Shown here: one piece after another, positions 53,399 through 62,508 of the stretch
Numbering within the stretch: position 1 is the stretch's first letter
Layout: every line of letters begins with the position of its first letter
Assembly: GCA_963832165.1 (NCBI GenBank)
Contig: CAWHTE010000003.1
Location: forward strand, 96,001 to 160,000
Length of the DNA: 64,000 bases
Direction: 5' to 3'
From: an uncultured delta proteobacterium
GTDB taxonomy: Bacteria; Myxococcota_A; UBA9160; SMWR01
Translations under genes and position numbers: made by a program
Notes under the pieces: generated by a model
What the model saw: the letters and a program-made list of their open reading frames with translations, nothing else
What the model was told of the DNA's origin: nothing
Database searches by the model: none

Positions 53399-54161
53399 GC
53401 AGCATCGGCTGGTCGAGCCCGGCCAGATACTCGTCGACCGCCTGCTGGCAGCCCTGGTAGTGACCGTAGTCGTCGATGATCAGGATCCCACCCGACATGA
53501 GCCTCGGAAAGAGATGCTCGAGCTCGTGGCGGGTCGAGGCGTACCAGTCCGTGTCGAGACGCAGCAACGCGATCCGATCCGGCATCGTGCCCGGCAGCGT
53601 CTCCTCGACACGGCCTTCGACATAGGAGATACGCTCGCTCGGATAGCCCGTGCTCGACATCGCGGACCGCACCTGATCCAGGCTCGCACCCGCCCAGCTC
53701 GAGCGATCGTCGCTGATCTTGTGCTGGAGAAAATCCTCCAGCGCCGGTCGCCCGACGAAGTCGACGTCGCGCGCGTCGGGCCGGACCATTCCCTCGAAAG
53801 TGTCGTAGAGGTAGAGCTGCCGCGAAGTGTCGCCGAGCCGCACGAGCGTCCGAGCCACCGCCATCATCGAGCCGCCGCGATAGACGCCGCATTCGGCGAT
53901 CGCCCCCTCGATCCGGTTCTGCACCAGGAACTCCACTGCCCGGACCAGCCCGATGATCCGCTCCTGCGGCGTCATCGTGTAGGGCGCCACTGCGCGCAGC
54001 GTCTCGAGCTCGTGCGGCTGGAAGTCCACGCGCTCGAGCGGCTCGCGCAGCGGAAGGAAGCGCGCGAGCAGGCGCCGCAGCGGCTGCCGGATCGAGGCAG
54101 GCAGGAGCTTGGCAGGGGACGCGACATCTTCCGAGTTCGTGCGCTGCATCGGGGCGCTCAT
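53355..54161 (-). CDS. TylF/MycF/NovP-family sugar O-methyltransferase
   Basis: PYTMT, IEGAIAECGVYRGGS, YDTFEG, LLRLDTDWYAST and IIDDYG. Confidence 0.92.
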   Translation of the reverse strand: MSAPMQRTNSEDVASPAKLLPASIRQPLRRLLARFLPLREPLERVDFQPHELETLRAVAPYTMTPQERIIGLVRAVEFLVQNRIEGAIAECGVYRGGSMMAVARTLVRLGDTSRQLYLYDTFEGMVRPDARDVDFVGRPALEDFLQHKISDDRSSWAGASLDQVRSAMSSTGYPSERISYVEGRVEETLPGTMPDRIALLRLDTDWYASTRHELEHLFPRLMSGGILIIDDYGHYQGCQQAVDEYLAGLDQPMLLTRMDYSARLGVKR

Positions 54162-54207
54162 CGTAACACCACCCCGCAACGCGCAGAAGGGTACTCTGGT
54201 GGGACTC

Positions 54208-55242
54208 ATGGCTCGGTATGAGGCGGTCACGACGCCTGCGCGCTTCATGCAGCTTCGAAGGCCTTGGGGCGAGCTGTGCCGCGACTCCAATGCGTCGCCG
54301 TTCCAGTCCCACGAATGGTTGGCCGCCAACGTTTCGATCCTGCCGGGCGCTGCGGTACTCGAGGTCGCCACGCTGAGCGTTGCGGATCGCCTCGTGGCGG
54401 CCCTGCCGCTCGTGGTCCATCGGCGACACGGCGTCCGTTTCCTGGAGTTCATCGGGCAGCCCTACAGCGACTACTGCGACGGCATCGGATCGCACGACCA
54501 CGTCGAGTCGTTGTGGGGCTCCGTGATCGGTTCCGGGCGTTTCGATGTCCTCCAGCTGGACAACGTCCGGCCCGACGCCGTTTCGGCACGCGCTCTCGAC
54601 GCGCGGCGCATCGAGCACGCGAGCGGTCAGGTCTGCTATTCGCTGGACGCGCGCGGCCTGACCGGCGACGAGTGGCTGAAGCAGTGCTCTGCGAAGGCCC
54701 GCAACGCCTACACGCGCGGGTGCCGGCGGATCATCGACCAGGGCGGCGACTATTCCTTCGAGATGTTCGACCGGGCGCCGCCGCGGATCGTCGACGCCTT
54801 CCGTTTCTTCCAGAAGGCCTGGTTCGAAGAGCGCGGGCTCCCCTCGACGTTCGTCGACGCATTGCCCGCGTTGCTGGGCGCGTGGCAGGAGAGCGGCGCG
54901 CTTCGCCTGGCGGTGATCCAGAGCGGCGGAGAGATGGTCGCGGCGTCGATCAACATCGCGATGGGCGAGGTGTTGGGCGGCTGGGTCACGACCTACAACC
55001 GCGCCTTTGCGCGCTGTGGCCCCGGCGGCGTGCTCTTGTCCGAGGTCACGCGCTGGGCGTTCGATCACGGCTTCACGCTCTTCGACTACATGCGGGGCGA
55101 GGAGCCCTACAAGGAGCGATCTGCGAACGGAACCCTGGTGCTGCGCCGCTACACCGAGCCCGTGACGATCCGAGGCCGCATCGCGCTTCGCCTACGCGAT
55201 CTGCGCAGGCTCGGCGCCCGCCGATCGTCGAGCGATCACTAA
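54208..55242 (+). CDS. GNAT acetyltransferase (CelD/BcsL-like, Acetyltransf_6)
   Basis: PFQSHEW, SDY, GPG.VL and FDYMRGEEPYK. Confidence 0.82.
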   Translation: MARYEAVTTPARFMQLRRPWGELCRDSNASPFQSHEWLAANVSILPGAAVLEVATLSVADRLVAALPLVVHRRHGVRFLEFIGQPYSDYCDGIGSHDHVESLWGSVIGSGRFDVLQLDNVRPDAVSARALDARRIEHASGQVCYSLDARGLTGDEWLKQCSAKARNAYTRGCRRIIDQGGDYSFEMFDRAPPRIVDAFRFFQKAWFEERGLPSTFVDALPALLGAWQESGALRLAVIQSGGEMVAASINIAMGEVLGGWVTTYNRAFARCGPGGVLLSEVTRWAFDHGFTLFDYMRGEEPYKERSANGTLVLRRYTEPVTIRGRIALRLRDLRRLGARRSSSDH

Positions 55243-56753
55243 CCGGCCCGCTCCACCGTCATGTAGAGCTGGTTGTCGCCGCGACGGACCAGGAGCAGCG
55301 CGCGCTTGTCGCTCTTCTCGAGCGCCTTCTGCAGCGCCTTGGCGTCGTTCACCTCGTGGCGCCCGACCTCGAGGATCACGTCGCCGCGCCGGATGCCGGC
55401 TTCGTTCGCGGGGCCGTCCGGATCCACCTGCGTGACGACCACGCCCTTGGTGTCCTCGAGCCCGAGCTGCTGCGCGAGATCGCCCGTGAGGTCCTGCACC
55501 GACATGCCGAACGCGCTCGCGCCACTCTGCGGCGCCGCCGCGGCCGAGGTCATCTGGACCTCCGGCTCGTCGAGCAGCGCGATCTGCGGGCTCAGCCTGA
55601 CGCGTTTGCCGTCGCGGACCACCTCGATCTCGACCTTCTTGTTCACGGGCGTCGACGCGACGATGCGCGGCAGGTCGTCGTAGCTCTCGACCGGATGACC
55701 GTCGAACTCGCGGATCACGTCCATCTTCTCGATGCCCGCCTTCGCGGCGGGGCCGTCCTCGATCACCTTCGATACGAGCGCGCCCTTGGTCTCCTTGAGC
55801 CCGAGCTCCTCGGCGATCTCCGGCGACACGCCCTGGATCACGACGCCGAGCCAGCCGCGCGTCACGTGACCGCTCGCGCGCAGCTGCGGCAGGATCGCCT
55901 TCGCCATGTCGATCGGCACTGCGAAGCCGATCGTGTTGGCGCGCGGGTTGATCGCCGTGTTGATGCCGATCACCTCGCCCGAGAGGTTGAGCAGCGGGCC
56001 GCCCGAGTTGCCCGGGTTGATCGCGGCGTCGGTCTGGATGTAGTCGTCGTAGGCGCCGTGCTCGATGTTGCGGTGCTTCGCCGAGATGATGCCGGCCGTC
56101 ACGGTGTGCTCGAGGCCGAACGGGTTGCCGATCGCCACCACCCATTCGCCCGGTCGCACGCTCTCCGAATCGCCCAGCGGCAGCGCGAACAGCGGATCCT
56201 TCGATTCCACCTTGATCAACCCGATGTCGGTCTTCGGGTCGCGCCCGACCACGGTGGCGTCGAGCTCGCGCCCGTCGTTGAACTTCACCTTGATCTTCTC
56301 GACGTCTTCGATCACGTGATTGTTGGTGACGATGTAGCCATCGGCGGAGATCACGAAGCCCGTGCCGAGGCTCGGCACCAGCTGCTTGCGCTCGCGCGGG
56401 ACGTTCTGCTCGGGCACCTGGAACGGGAAGTTCGGCAAGCCGAAGAACTCCTCGAGCGGGTGGCCCGTGAGCGTCTTCTCGGCGCTGATGTTGACCACGC
56501 CGGGAGAGCTGGCTTCGGCCAGGTCGGCGAACGTGTTCGGGACACCGCGCGGCACGACCGGCTCCTTGCCGGAGCCCTGCTTCCAGAACGGTTCCGCCGA
56601 GCCAGCGTCTTCCTTGCCGGCGTCCTTGCCGAACAGGTCCAGCGCGTGCGCGTCCTTGTCGAGCCAGCTCACGTTCACTTCGAGAGCGCCGCTCGCGAAC
56701 AGCACCGCGGCGACGATCCCGATCACCAGGCCGACCTTCCCGAAAGTCCTCAT
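55239..56753 (-). CDS. degP: DegP/HtrA (Do family) serine protease, 2 PDZ domains
   Basis: GTGFVIS, TNNHV, D.GLIK, AIGNPFGL and QTDAAINPGNSGGPL. Confidence 0.92.
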   Translation of the reverse strand: MRTFGKVGLVIGIVAAVLFASGALEVNVSWLDKDAHALDLFGKDAGKEDAGSAEPFWKQGSGKEPVVPRGVPNTFADLAEASSPGVVNISAEKTLTGHPLEEFFGLPNFPFQVPEQNVPRERKQLVPSLGTGFVISADGYIVTNNHVIEDVEKIKVKFNDGRELDATVVGRDPKTDIGLIKVESKDPLFALPLGDSESVRPGEWVVAIGNPFGLEHTVTAGIISAKHRNIEHGAYDDYIQTDAAINPGNSGGPLLNLSGEVIGINTAINPRANTIGFAVPIDMAKAILPQLRASGHVTRGWLGVVIQGVSPEIAEELGLKETKGALVSKVIEDGPAAKAGIEKMDVIREFDGHPVESYDDLPRIVASTPVNKKVEIEVVRDGKRVRLSPQIALLDEPEVQMTSAAAAPQSGASAFGMSVQDLTGDLAQQLGLEDTKGVVVTQVDPDGPANEAGIRRGDVILEVGRHEVNDAKALQKALEKSDKRALLLVRRGDNQLYMTVERAG

Positions 56754-56847
56754 GACACCTCGCTTTGCGCCTTACGAACGGAGCGGCCGTCCGCAGGGCG
56801 GGGGCACGCCGGCCGGCTCTGTCGGAAGGCCGGGGAAACCGGGGCTT

Positions 56848-56875
56848 GTGACGTCGATACCGGGCCCGGGGTTCA
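56848..56875 (-). promoter_or_regulatory. ECF/sigmaE-type promoter upstream of degP
   Basis: Minus strand TGAACC-N16-CGTCAC, with the AAC/CGT hallmarks of ECF promoters. Confidence 0.55.
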
Positions 56876-56888
56876 CCCGCCTCTCGTG

Positions 56889-58232
56889 CTACGACGCGAG
56901 CGGCAGTGCCACATGGTATCGGCCACCCCCGCGCGCAACCACGATCAGGGCGCGGGGCAGCCCCTGCAGCGCCAGCACCGCGCGGCGCAGCGCCTCGGGG
57001 TCGGAGAGGGTGCGCCCGCCGATCGCGAGCAGGACATCGCCGGGCCGCAGGCCGATCTGGGCGGCACCGCTGCCCGCGCGCACCGCGCGGACGGCGAAGC
57101 CCCCGCGCGGCGCGGGCTCGAGCGAGAGCCCCAGCAGATCGGATACGAGCGTCGTCACGAAGCCCTCTGGAATCTGCTCTGCGCGCACTGCGACCTTGCG
57201 CGTCTCGCTGTTGCGCACGGTGGTGAGCCGGAGCTCCTGACCCGCGGTCGTGCGCGCGAGGCGTTCGAAGAAGTCGCGCGCCGACTCGAGCGGCTGCCCG
57301 TCCACCTGGGTCACGACGTCGCCGCGCTTCAACCCGGCGCGCTCGCCGGGGCTGTTCGGGCGCACGCGAGTGATGACCGTGCCCCGGGCGCCCGCCGGGA
57401 GCTCGAGCGCGGCGCCGAGGCCCGCGTCGAGATCCTGGAGCTCGAGTCCGAGCCACACCGGCGACACTTCTCCGTGATCGATCAGCTCGCGCACCACGCG
57501 CCGCGCGTCGTCGATCGGGATCGCGAAGCCGATTCCCTGGGCGCGGTTGTAGACCGCGGTGTTGATTGCGACCAGGTGTCCCTCGGCATTGAGCAGCGGT
57601 CCGCCCGAGTTGCCCGGGTTGATCGAGGCATCGGTCTGCAGGAAGCCGTGATAGACGCGCTCGTCCGTGCGCAGCGAGCGCCCCAGCGCGGAGATCACCC
57701 CGGTGGTCACGGTGTGGGATAGGCCGAACGGATTGCCGATCGCGATCACGGGTTCACCCACCATGAGGTCGGCCGACGTGCCGGGCTCGATCCAGGGCAG
57801 CGGCTCCTGGGTGTCCACCTCGAGCACGGCGATGTCGTTGTTCGGATCCGCGCCGATCAGCTTGGCTCCGAACTCGCGGCCGTCGGCGAGGCTCACGCGG
57901 ATGCGCTCCGCGCGCGTGACGACGTGTTCGTTGGTGAGCACGTGGCGCTGCGCGTCGATCAGCACGCCCGAGCCCAGGCTCTGCTCCGCGCGCGGCACGC
58001 GCGGCTCGAAGAAATCCTGGAAGAAGCGATCGAAGAGCGGGTCGCCTGCGAACGGTCGGAACGGGTTTCCCTCCGCCGCGCGCTGCTGGGTGGTGACGTT
58101 GACCACCGCGGGGGCGCTTCGCTCCACCACGCGCACCGTGACCGTGCGCCGCAGGAACGGATCGCCCTCGGCGTGCAGCGGCGCTGCGCGACACCAGAGC
58201 GCCACGAGCAGGCCGACCCAGAACCGTCTCAT
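56889..58232 (-). CDS. HtrA/DegQ family serine protease, 2 PDZ domains
   Basis: TNEHV, DIAVL and QTDASINPGNSGGPL. Confidence 0.9.
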   Translation of the reverse strand: MRRFWVGLLVALWCRAAPLHAEGDPFLRRTVTVRVVERSAPAVVNVTTQQRAAEGNPFRPFAGDPLFDRFFQDFFEPRVPRAEQSLGSGVLIDAQRHVLTNEHVVTRAERIRVSLADGREFGAKLIGADPNNDIAVLEVDTQEPLPWIEPGTSADLMVGEPVIAIGNPFGLSHTVTTGVISALGRSLRTDERVYHGFLQTDASINPGNSGGPLLNAEGHLVAINTAVYNRAQGIGFAIPIDDARRVVRELIDHGEVSPVWLGLELQDLDAGLGAALELPAGARGTVITRVRPNSPGERAGLKRGDVVTQVDGQPLESARDFFERLARTTAGQELRLTTVRNSETRKVAVRAEQIPEGFVTTLVSDLLGLSLEPAPRGGFAVRAVRAGSGAAQIGLRPGDVLLAIGGRTLSDPEALRRAVLALQGLPRALIVVARGGGRYHVALPLAS

Positions 58233-59587
58233 TGCACCGGGGGGCTCACCTGTGAAGCGGCATCCGGCGTCTCTTCGACGTCCGTCGGGCCTGCGCGCGG
58301 CTTGATCAGCACGTACTTGAGCTCGTCGCCGCGGCGCGCCTGCACGAGGAAGCGGTGCTTGATGTCGGTGCTCGCGATCGCACTCCGGAACTCCGCGAGG
58401 TTCGACACCTCCGCGTTCTCGATCTGCACGATCACGTCGCCCATGCGCAGGCCCGCCTCGCTCGCGGGAGAGCCGTTCGCCACGAACGTGACGAAGGCGC
58501 CCACCGGGGAGCTCAGGCGATGGGCGCGCGCGAGGTTCGGCGTGATCTCCTTCACGTGGAATCCGACCGGCGTCTCGACTTCTTCGCCCTCGAGCTTGGG
58601 CTGTTCGCCGATCTCGACCTTGGCGGTTCCGGGCTTTCCAGCGCGCAGGTAGTCGAGCTTCACACCCGTCCCCGGCGCCGAGCCGGCGACCATGCGCTGG
58701 AACGCGCCGAGGTCCTCGTCCTTCTCGGCCTCGATCTCGCGGCCCTCGAAGCTCGTGATCACGTCGCCCGTCTGCAGCCCCGCGCGCTCGGCCGGCGACT
58801 TCGGGACGACCTGGCTGACCAGCACACCCGTCGATTCACCGAGGCCGAGGTGATCCGCGAGCTCGCGGTCGAGCGGCTGCAGCGCGACGCCGAGCCAGCC
58901 GCGCTCGATGCCGCCGTGGTCGAGCTGCGCCATCACTTCGCGCGCGGTGTCGATCGGGATCGTGAAGCCGATGCCGCGCCCCTGTCCGCGCGAGTTGATC
59001 CCGACCACGCGGCCCTCGAGATCGACCAGCGGACCGCCCGACGAACCGCGATCGATCAGCGCGTCGGTCTGGATGAAGTCATTCAAGAGATCTGGGATCT
59101 CGAGATTGCGCCCCTTCGCGGACACGATCCCGAGCGACACCGTGCCGTCGAGTCCATAGGGGTTGCCGATCGCGAGCACCCACTGGCCCACGCGCACGGG
59201 GTGGGGCGAGAACGGTGCGGCGCGGAACGGGTGGCCCGCGTCGGGATCGATGCGCAGCAGTGCGATGTCGGTCTGCCGGTCGGCGCCGATCAGGCGCGCG
59301 GGATACCTGCGCTTCTGGCCGGGCACGGTCACGGTGATCTTCACGGCGTCGTGCACGACGTGCTCGTTGGTGAGGATCGCGCCGTCCGCGGTGACGATCA
59401 GACCCGAGCCGCTCACCTCGTTGCGGCGATCGTCGAACTTGACGATCGCCTGGATGTGAACGACGGATGGGGTCACCGCCTCCGCGACGGCCACGATCCG
59501 CTGCTCGAGATCGCTAGCCGGTGGCGCGGCGGCACAGGCGAACGCGAGCAGCGGGCAGAGCAGGGCGAACGCGACTCGTTCATGCAT
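58229..59587 (-). CDS. HtrA family serine protease, probable lipoprotein
   Basis: Lipobox-like LAFAC, TNEHV, DIALL, QTDALIDRGSSGGPL, 2 PDZ domains. Confidence 0.88.
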   Translation of the reverse strand: MHERVAFALLCPLLAFACAAAPPASDLEQRIVAVAEAVTPSVVHIQAIVKFDDRRNEVSGSGLIVTADGAILTNEHVVHDAVKITVTVPGQKRRYPARLIGADRQTDIALLRIDPDAGHPFRAAPFSPHPVRVGQWVLAIGNPYGLDGTVSLGIVSAKGRNLEIPDLLNDFIQTDALIDRGSSGGPLVDLEGRVVGINSRGQGRGIGFTIPIDTAREVMAQLDHGGIERGWLGVALQPLDRELADHLGLGESTGVLVSQVVPKSPAERAGLQTGDVITSFEGREIEAEKDEDLGAFQRMVAGSAPGTGVKLDYLRAGKPGTAKVEIGEQPKLEGEEVETPVGFHVKEITPNLARAHRLSSPVGAFVTFVANGSPASEAGLRMGDVIVQIENAEVSNLAEFRSAIASTDIKHRFLVQARRGDELKYVLIKPRAGPTDVEETPDAASQVSPPVQ

Positions 59588-60191
59588 CGAGCGCAGATCG
59601 TAACGCGTGCGCCGCGCGCGCGGGGTCGTCGGCTGCGCCGATCGCTCCGGTCACCGCGATTCCGGCGGCGCCCGCAGCGAGCACCGCGCGCGCATTCGCG
59701 GGCGTGATGCCTCCCTGGGCGAGCACGGGAAGGCGGCTGTGCCGGGCCGCGTGCAGGCCCGCGAGCCCGAGCGGCATGCGCTCGAGCGGCTTCGAAAGCG
59801 GCGCGAAGATCGGCGCGAGGTGGACGTAGTTGGCGGCGGGCACGTCGCCGATCGCAGCGGGGTCGTGCAGCGAGACACCGATCCAGGCCCGAGGTCCCAG
59901 CAGCGCGCGCAATCCCGGCGCGGACAGCGCGTCGAATCCGAGGTGCACCCCGTCGGCGCCGGCCGCGCGCGCGACGTCCGCGCGCCGGTTCACCAGCACG
60001 CGCGCCGTGCGAGCGCTCGCGCGCGCAGCGGCCACCGCTCGATCCGCCGCGGCGAGGAGCGGCGCGGCCTCGATACCGCGGTCGCGCAGCTGGATCCAGT
60101 CCACGCCCGCATCGCACGCGGCGCGCAGGCCCGCCTGACCCCAGCGCTCGACGGTCGCCGCGTCGAGCACCCAACACAGGATGGGAGTCAG
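59580..60191 (-). CDS. thiE: Thiamine phosphate synthase (ThiE/TenI family); start uncertain
   Basis: [26 protein letters not shown] and GGIT..N; follows thiG. Confidence 0.78.
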   Translation of the reverse strand: MTPILCWVLDAATVERWGQAGLRAACDAGVDWIQLRDRGIEAAPLLAAADRAVAAARASARTARVLVNRRADVARAAGADGVHLGFDALSAPGLRALLGPRAWIGVSLHDPAAIGDVPAANYVHLAPIFAPLSKPLERMPLGLAGLHAARHSRLPVLAQGGITPANARAVLAAGAAGIAVTGAIGAADDPARAAHALRSALDA

Positions 60192-60958
60192 AACGTCGCG
60201 AGCCCGTCGAGCGGGCTGGAGGCGTTCGCGTAGAGCCGGCGCGGCATGCGGCCGGCCTCGTAGGCGAGGCGCCCCGCCTCGACGGCGAGCTTCATCGCGC
60301 GGGCCATCTTCTCGGGATCCTTCGCTCCCGCGATCCCCGTGTTCATGAGCACGGCCGCGGCGCCGAGCTCCATCGCCACCGCGGCATCGCTCGCAGTGCC
60401 GACGCCGGCGTCCACGATCACGGGCACCTGGACGCACTCGAGGATGATGCGCAGGTTCGCGGGATTGCGGATCCCGAGCCCCGATCCGATCGGAGCCGCG
60501 AGCGGCATCACCGCTGCGCACCCGAGTGCTTCGAGGCGCTGGCAGGCGACCGGATCGTCGGTGATGTAGGGCAGCACCGTGAAGCCTTCGGCCACGAGGA
60601 CCTTCGCGGCGTCGAGCGTCGCGGCGACGTCGGGGAACAGCGTGCGCTCGTCGCCGATCACCTCGAGCTTGACGAGATCGGTGCCGAGCAGCTCGCGTCC
60701 CAGGCGCGCCGTGGTGATCGCGTCCTCCGCGGTGTAGCAGCCCGCGGTGTTCGGGAGGATCGTGAACCGATCGGGCGAGATCACGTCGAGGAGCCGCGGC
60801 CCCGGACCGTCGAGCTTCGTGCGCCGCAGCGCCACGGTCACCATCTCGGCGCCGCTCGCGATTGCGCAGGCGAGGTTCTGTTCGAACGAGCTGTACTTGC
60901 CGCTGCCGATGATCAGTCGCGAGTCGAACCCGTGGCTGCCGAGCGTGTAGGCGTGCAT
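60188..60958 (-). CDS. thiG: Thiazole synthase
   Basis: [36 protein letters not shown] and VDAGVG. Confidence 0.97.
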   Translation of the reverse strand: MHAYTLGSHGFDSRLIIGSGKYSSFEQNLACAIASGAEMVTVALRRTKLDGPGPRLLDVISPDRFTILPNTAGCYTAEDAITTARLGRELLGTDLVKLEVIGDERTLFPDVAATLDAAKVLVAEGFTVLPYITDDPVACQRLEALGCAAVMPLAAPIGSGLGIRNPANLRIILECVQVPVIVDAGVGTASDAAVAMELGAAAVLMNTGIAGAKDPEKMARAMKLAVEAGRLAYEAGRMPRRLYANASSPLDGLATF

Positions 60959-60959
60959 G

Positions 60960-61184
60960 TCATCCTCCTCCAACCGCCTCGAGGATCTCGACGCGGTCAC
61001 CGTCGCGAAGCTGCCGCAGCGCGCGCTCCGAGCGCGGCACCACCTCGCGCCCGATCGCCACGGCGACGCGGCGTTCGTCGAGGCCGAGCCGTGCGATCAG
61101 CCCGATCACGGTCGTGCCCGCGGGCGCGCGGCTCGGGTCGCCGTTCACCGTGATCGAGAGGGTTGCGAGGGCGGGTTCTGTCAT
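60960..61184 (-). CDS. thiS: Sulfur carrier protein ThiS
   Basis: ITVNG...VAVA...EVVPRS...[13 protein letters not shown]. Confidence 0.93.
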   Translation of the reverse strand: MTEPALATLSITVNGDPSRAPAGTTVIGLIARLGLDERRVAVAIGREVVPRSERALRQLRDGDRVEILEAVGGG

Positions 61185-61259
61185 CGCTTCGGCCGCGCTC
61201 CCCGGTACGGGGGACGCGCAGGTCACCGTCGATGATACGCTACGCGGCGCGCGTGCCGA

Positions 61260-62426
61260 GTGCGCGAAGGGGGTGACGCGCTGCGGGGTCTCGGGCCGGC
61301 GGTCGCCGCGATCGATCTGGATGCGCTGCGCGCGAACCATGCCGAGGCGATGCGCCTCGCGGGCGGGCGGCGCGTGATCGCGGTCGTGAAGGCCGATGCG
61401 TACGGTCACGGCGCCGTGCCCGTGGCGCGCGCACTCGTGGCCGCGGGCTGCAGCTCGCTCGCGACCGGGAGCGTCGGCGAGGCGCTGGCACTGCGCGACG
61501 CGGGGATCGAGGTTCCCGTGCTCGTGCTCGCGGGAGTTCGCGACGCCGACGAGGCGGATGCGGCGGTCGGGAGCGCGCTCACCGCGGTGCTGCACGACGC
61601 CGAGGGCCGCGCGCTGCTCGCCGCGGCAGCGCGCCGGCGCGGAGGTGCGCGCGTGCCCGCGCACGTCGAAGTCGATACGGGGATGCGGCGGATGGGTGTG
61701 CCGCTCGCGGAGGCGGAGTCGTTCGCCGCGGACGTCGCAGGCGATCCGGCGCTCGCGCTCGAGGGCGTGATGACGCACCTCGCGCGCGCCGACGAGCCCG
61801 ACCTCGCGCCCACGCGCGAGCAGCTTCGGGCGTTTGCGGATCTGCTCGGCGCGCTGCGCCGGCGCGGCGTCACCCCCGACTGCGTACACGTCGCCAACTC
61901 CGCAGCGCTCGTCGCGCACAAGGAGCTGTCGGGCGAGGGCCCCCCGCAGGACGCGGTGCGGCCGGGCATCCTGCTCTACGGCGTCCAACCCTCTCCGGGG
62001 CGGCGGGCCGAGCTCCTGCCCGTGATGACCCTGCGAGCGCCCGTCATTGCGCTGCGCCGAGTCCGCCGCGGTGAGTCGGTCGGCTACGCGGGGCTCTACC
62101 GCGCGAGCGCCGACACGCGGATCGCGACGATCGGGCTCGGCTACGCCGACGGGGTTTCGGTCGGGTCGAGCGGGCGCGGCAGCGTCTGGCTCGCGGGCGC
62201 GCGCCGGCCGATCGCGGGGCGCGTCTCGATGGATTACGTCGGCGTCGAGGTCGGCGACGCGCCCGTGCGGGTGGGGGACACGGCGATCCTGTTCGGCAGC
62301 GAGACCGCGGGCGGGCCCGCCGTATTGCCGGTGGAAGAGGCGGCGCAGTTCGCCGGAACGCTCTCGTACGAGCTCCTCGTCCGCGTCGGAACGCGCGTGC
62401 GCCGGGAATTTCTCGGCGGTGTTTGA
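61260..62426 (+). CDS. alr: Alanine racemase
   Basis: AVVKADAYGHG, DTGMRR.G, GVMTH, ANSA, VRPGI.LYG, GYADG and GRVSMD. Confidence 0.96.
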   Translation: MREGGDALRGLGPAVAAIDLDALRANHAEAMRLAGGRRVIAVVKADAYGHGAVPVARALVAAGCSSLATGSVGEALALRDAGIEVPVLVLAGVRDADEADAAVGSALTAVLHDAEGRALLAAAARRRGGARVPAHVEVDTGMRRMGVPLAEAESFAADVAGDPALALEGVMTHLARADEPDLAPTREQLRAFADLLGALRRRGVTPDCVHVANSAALVAHKELSGEGPPQDAVRPGILLYGVQPSPGRRAELLPVMTLRAPVIALRRVRRGESVGYAGLYRASADTRIATIGLGYADGVSVGSSGRGSVWLAGARRPIAGRVSMDYVGVEVGDAPVRVGDTAILFGSETAGGPAVLPVEEAAQFAGTLSYELLVRVGTRVRREFLGGV

Positions 62427-62508
62427 CGCCGTCGTCCACCCTCGGTAAACCTCCGCGCGACCCCCTCCCAGACCGCCTTTTCCCGCCGCCGAGCGAGGAG
62501 ATGCGTCC

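Noticed and set aside
54264..57722. 1152-aa + strand ORF, and many similar long Arg/Ala-rich overlapping ORFs
   Set aside because: Shadow or antisense frames of real genes caused by high GC; they contain no motifs.
61185..61259. TPP riboswitch upstream of thiS
   Set aside because: The spacer is only 75 bp and lacks the CTGAGA and other conserved THI-box elements.
62427..62508. ZMP/ZTP (pfl) riboswitch upstream of purH
   Set aside because: Only a partial GACCGCCT is present; the conserved 5' GACTGGCG and 3' CTGGGC pseudoknot elements are absent.
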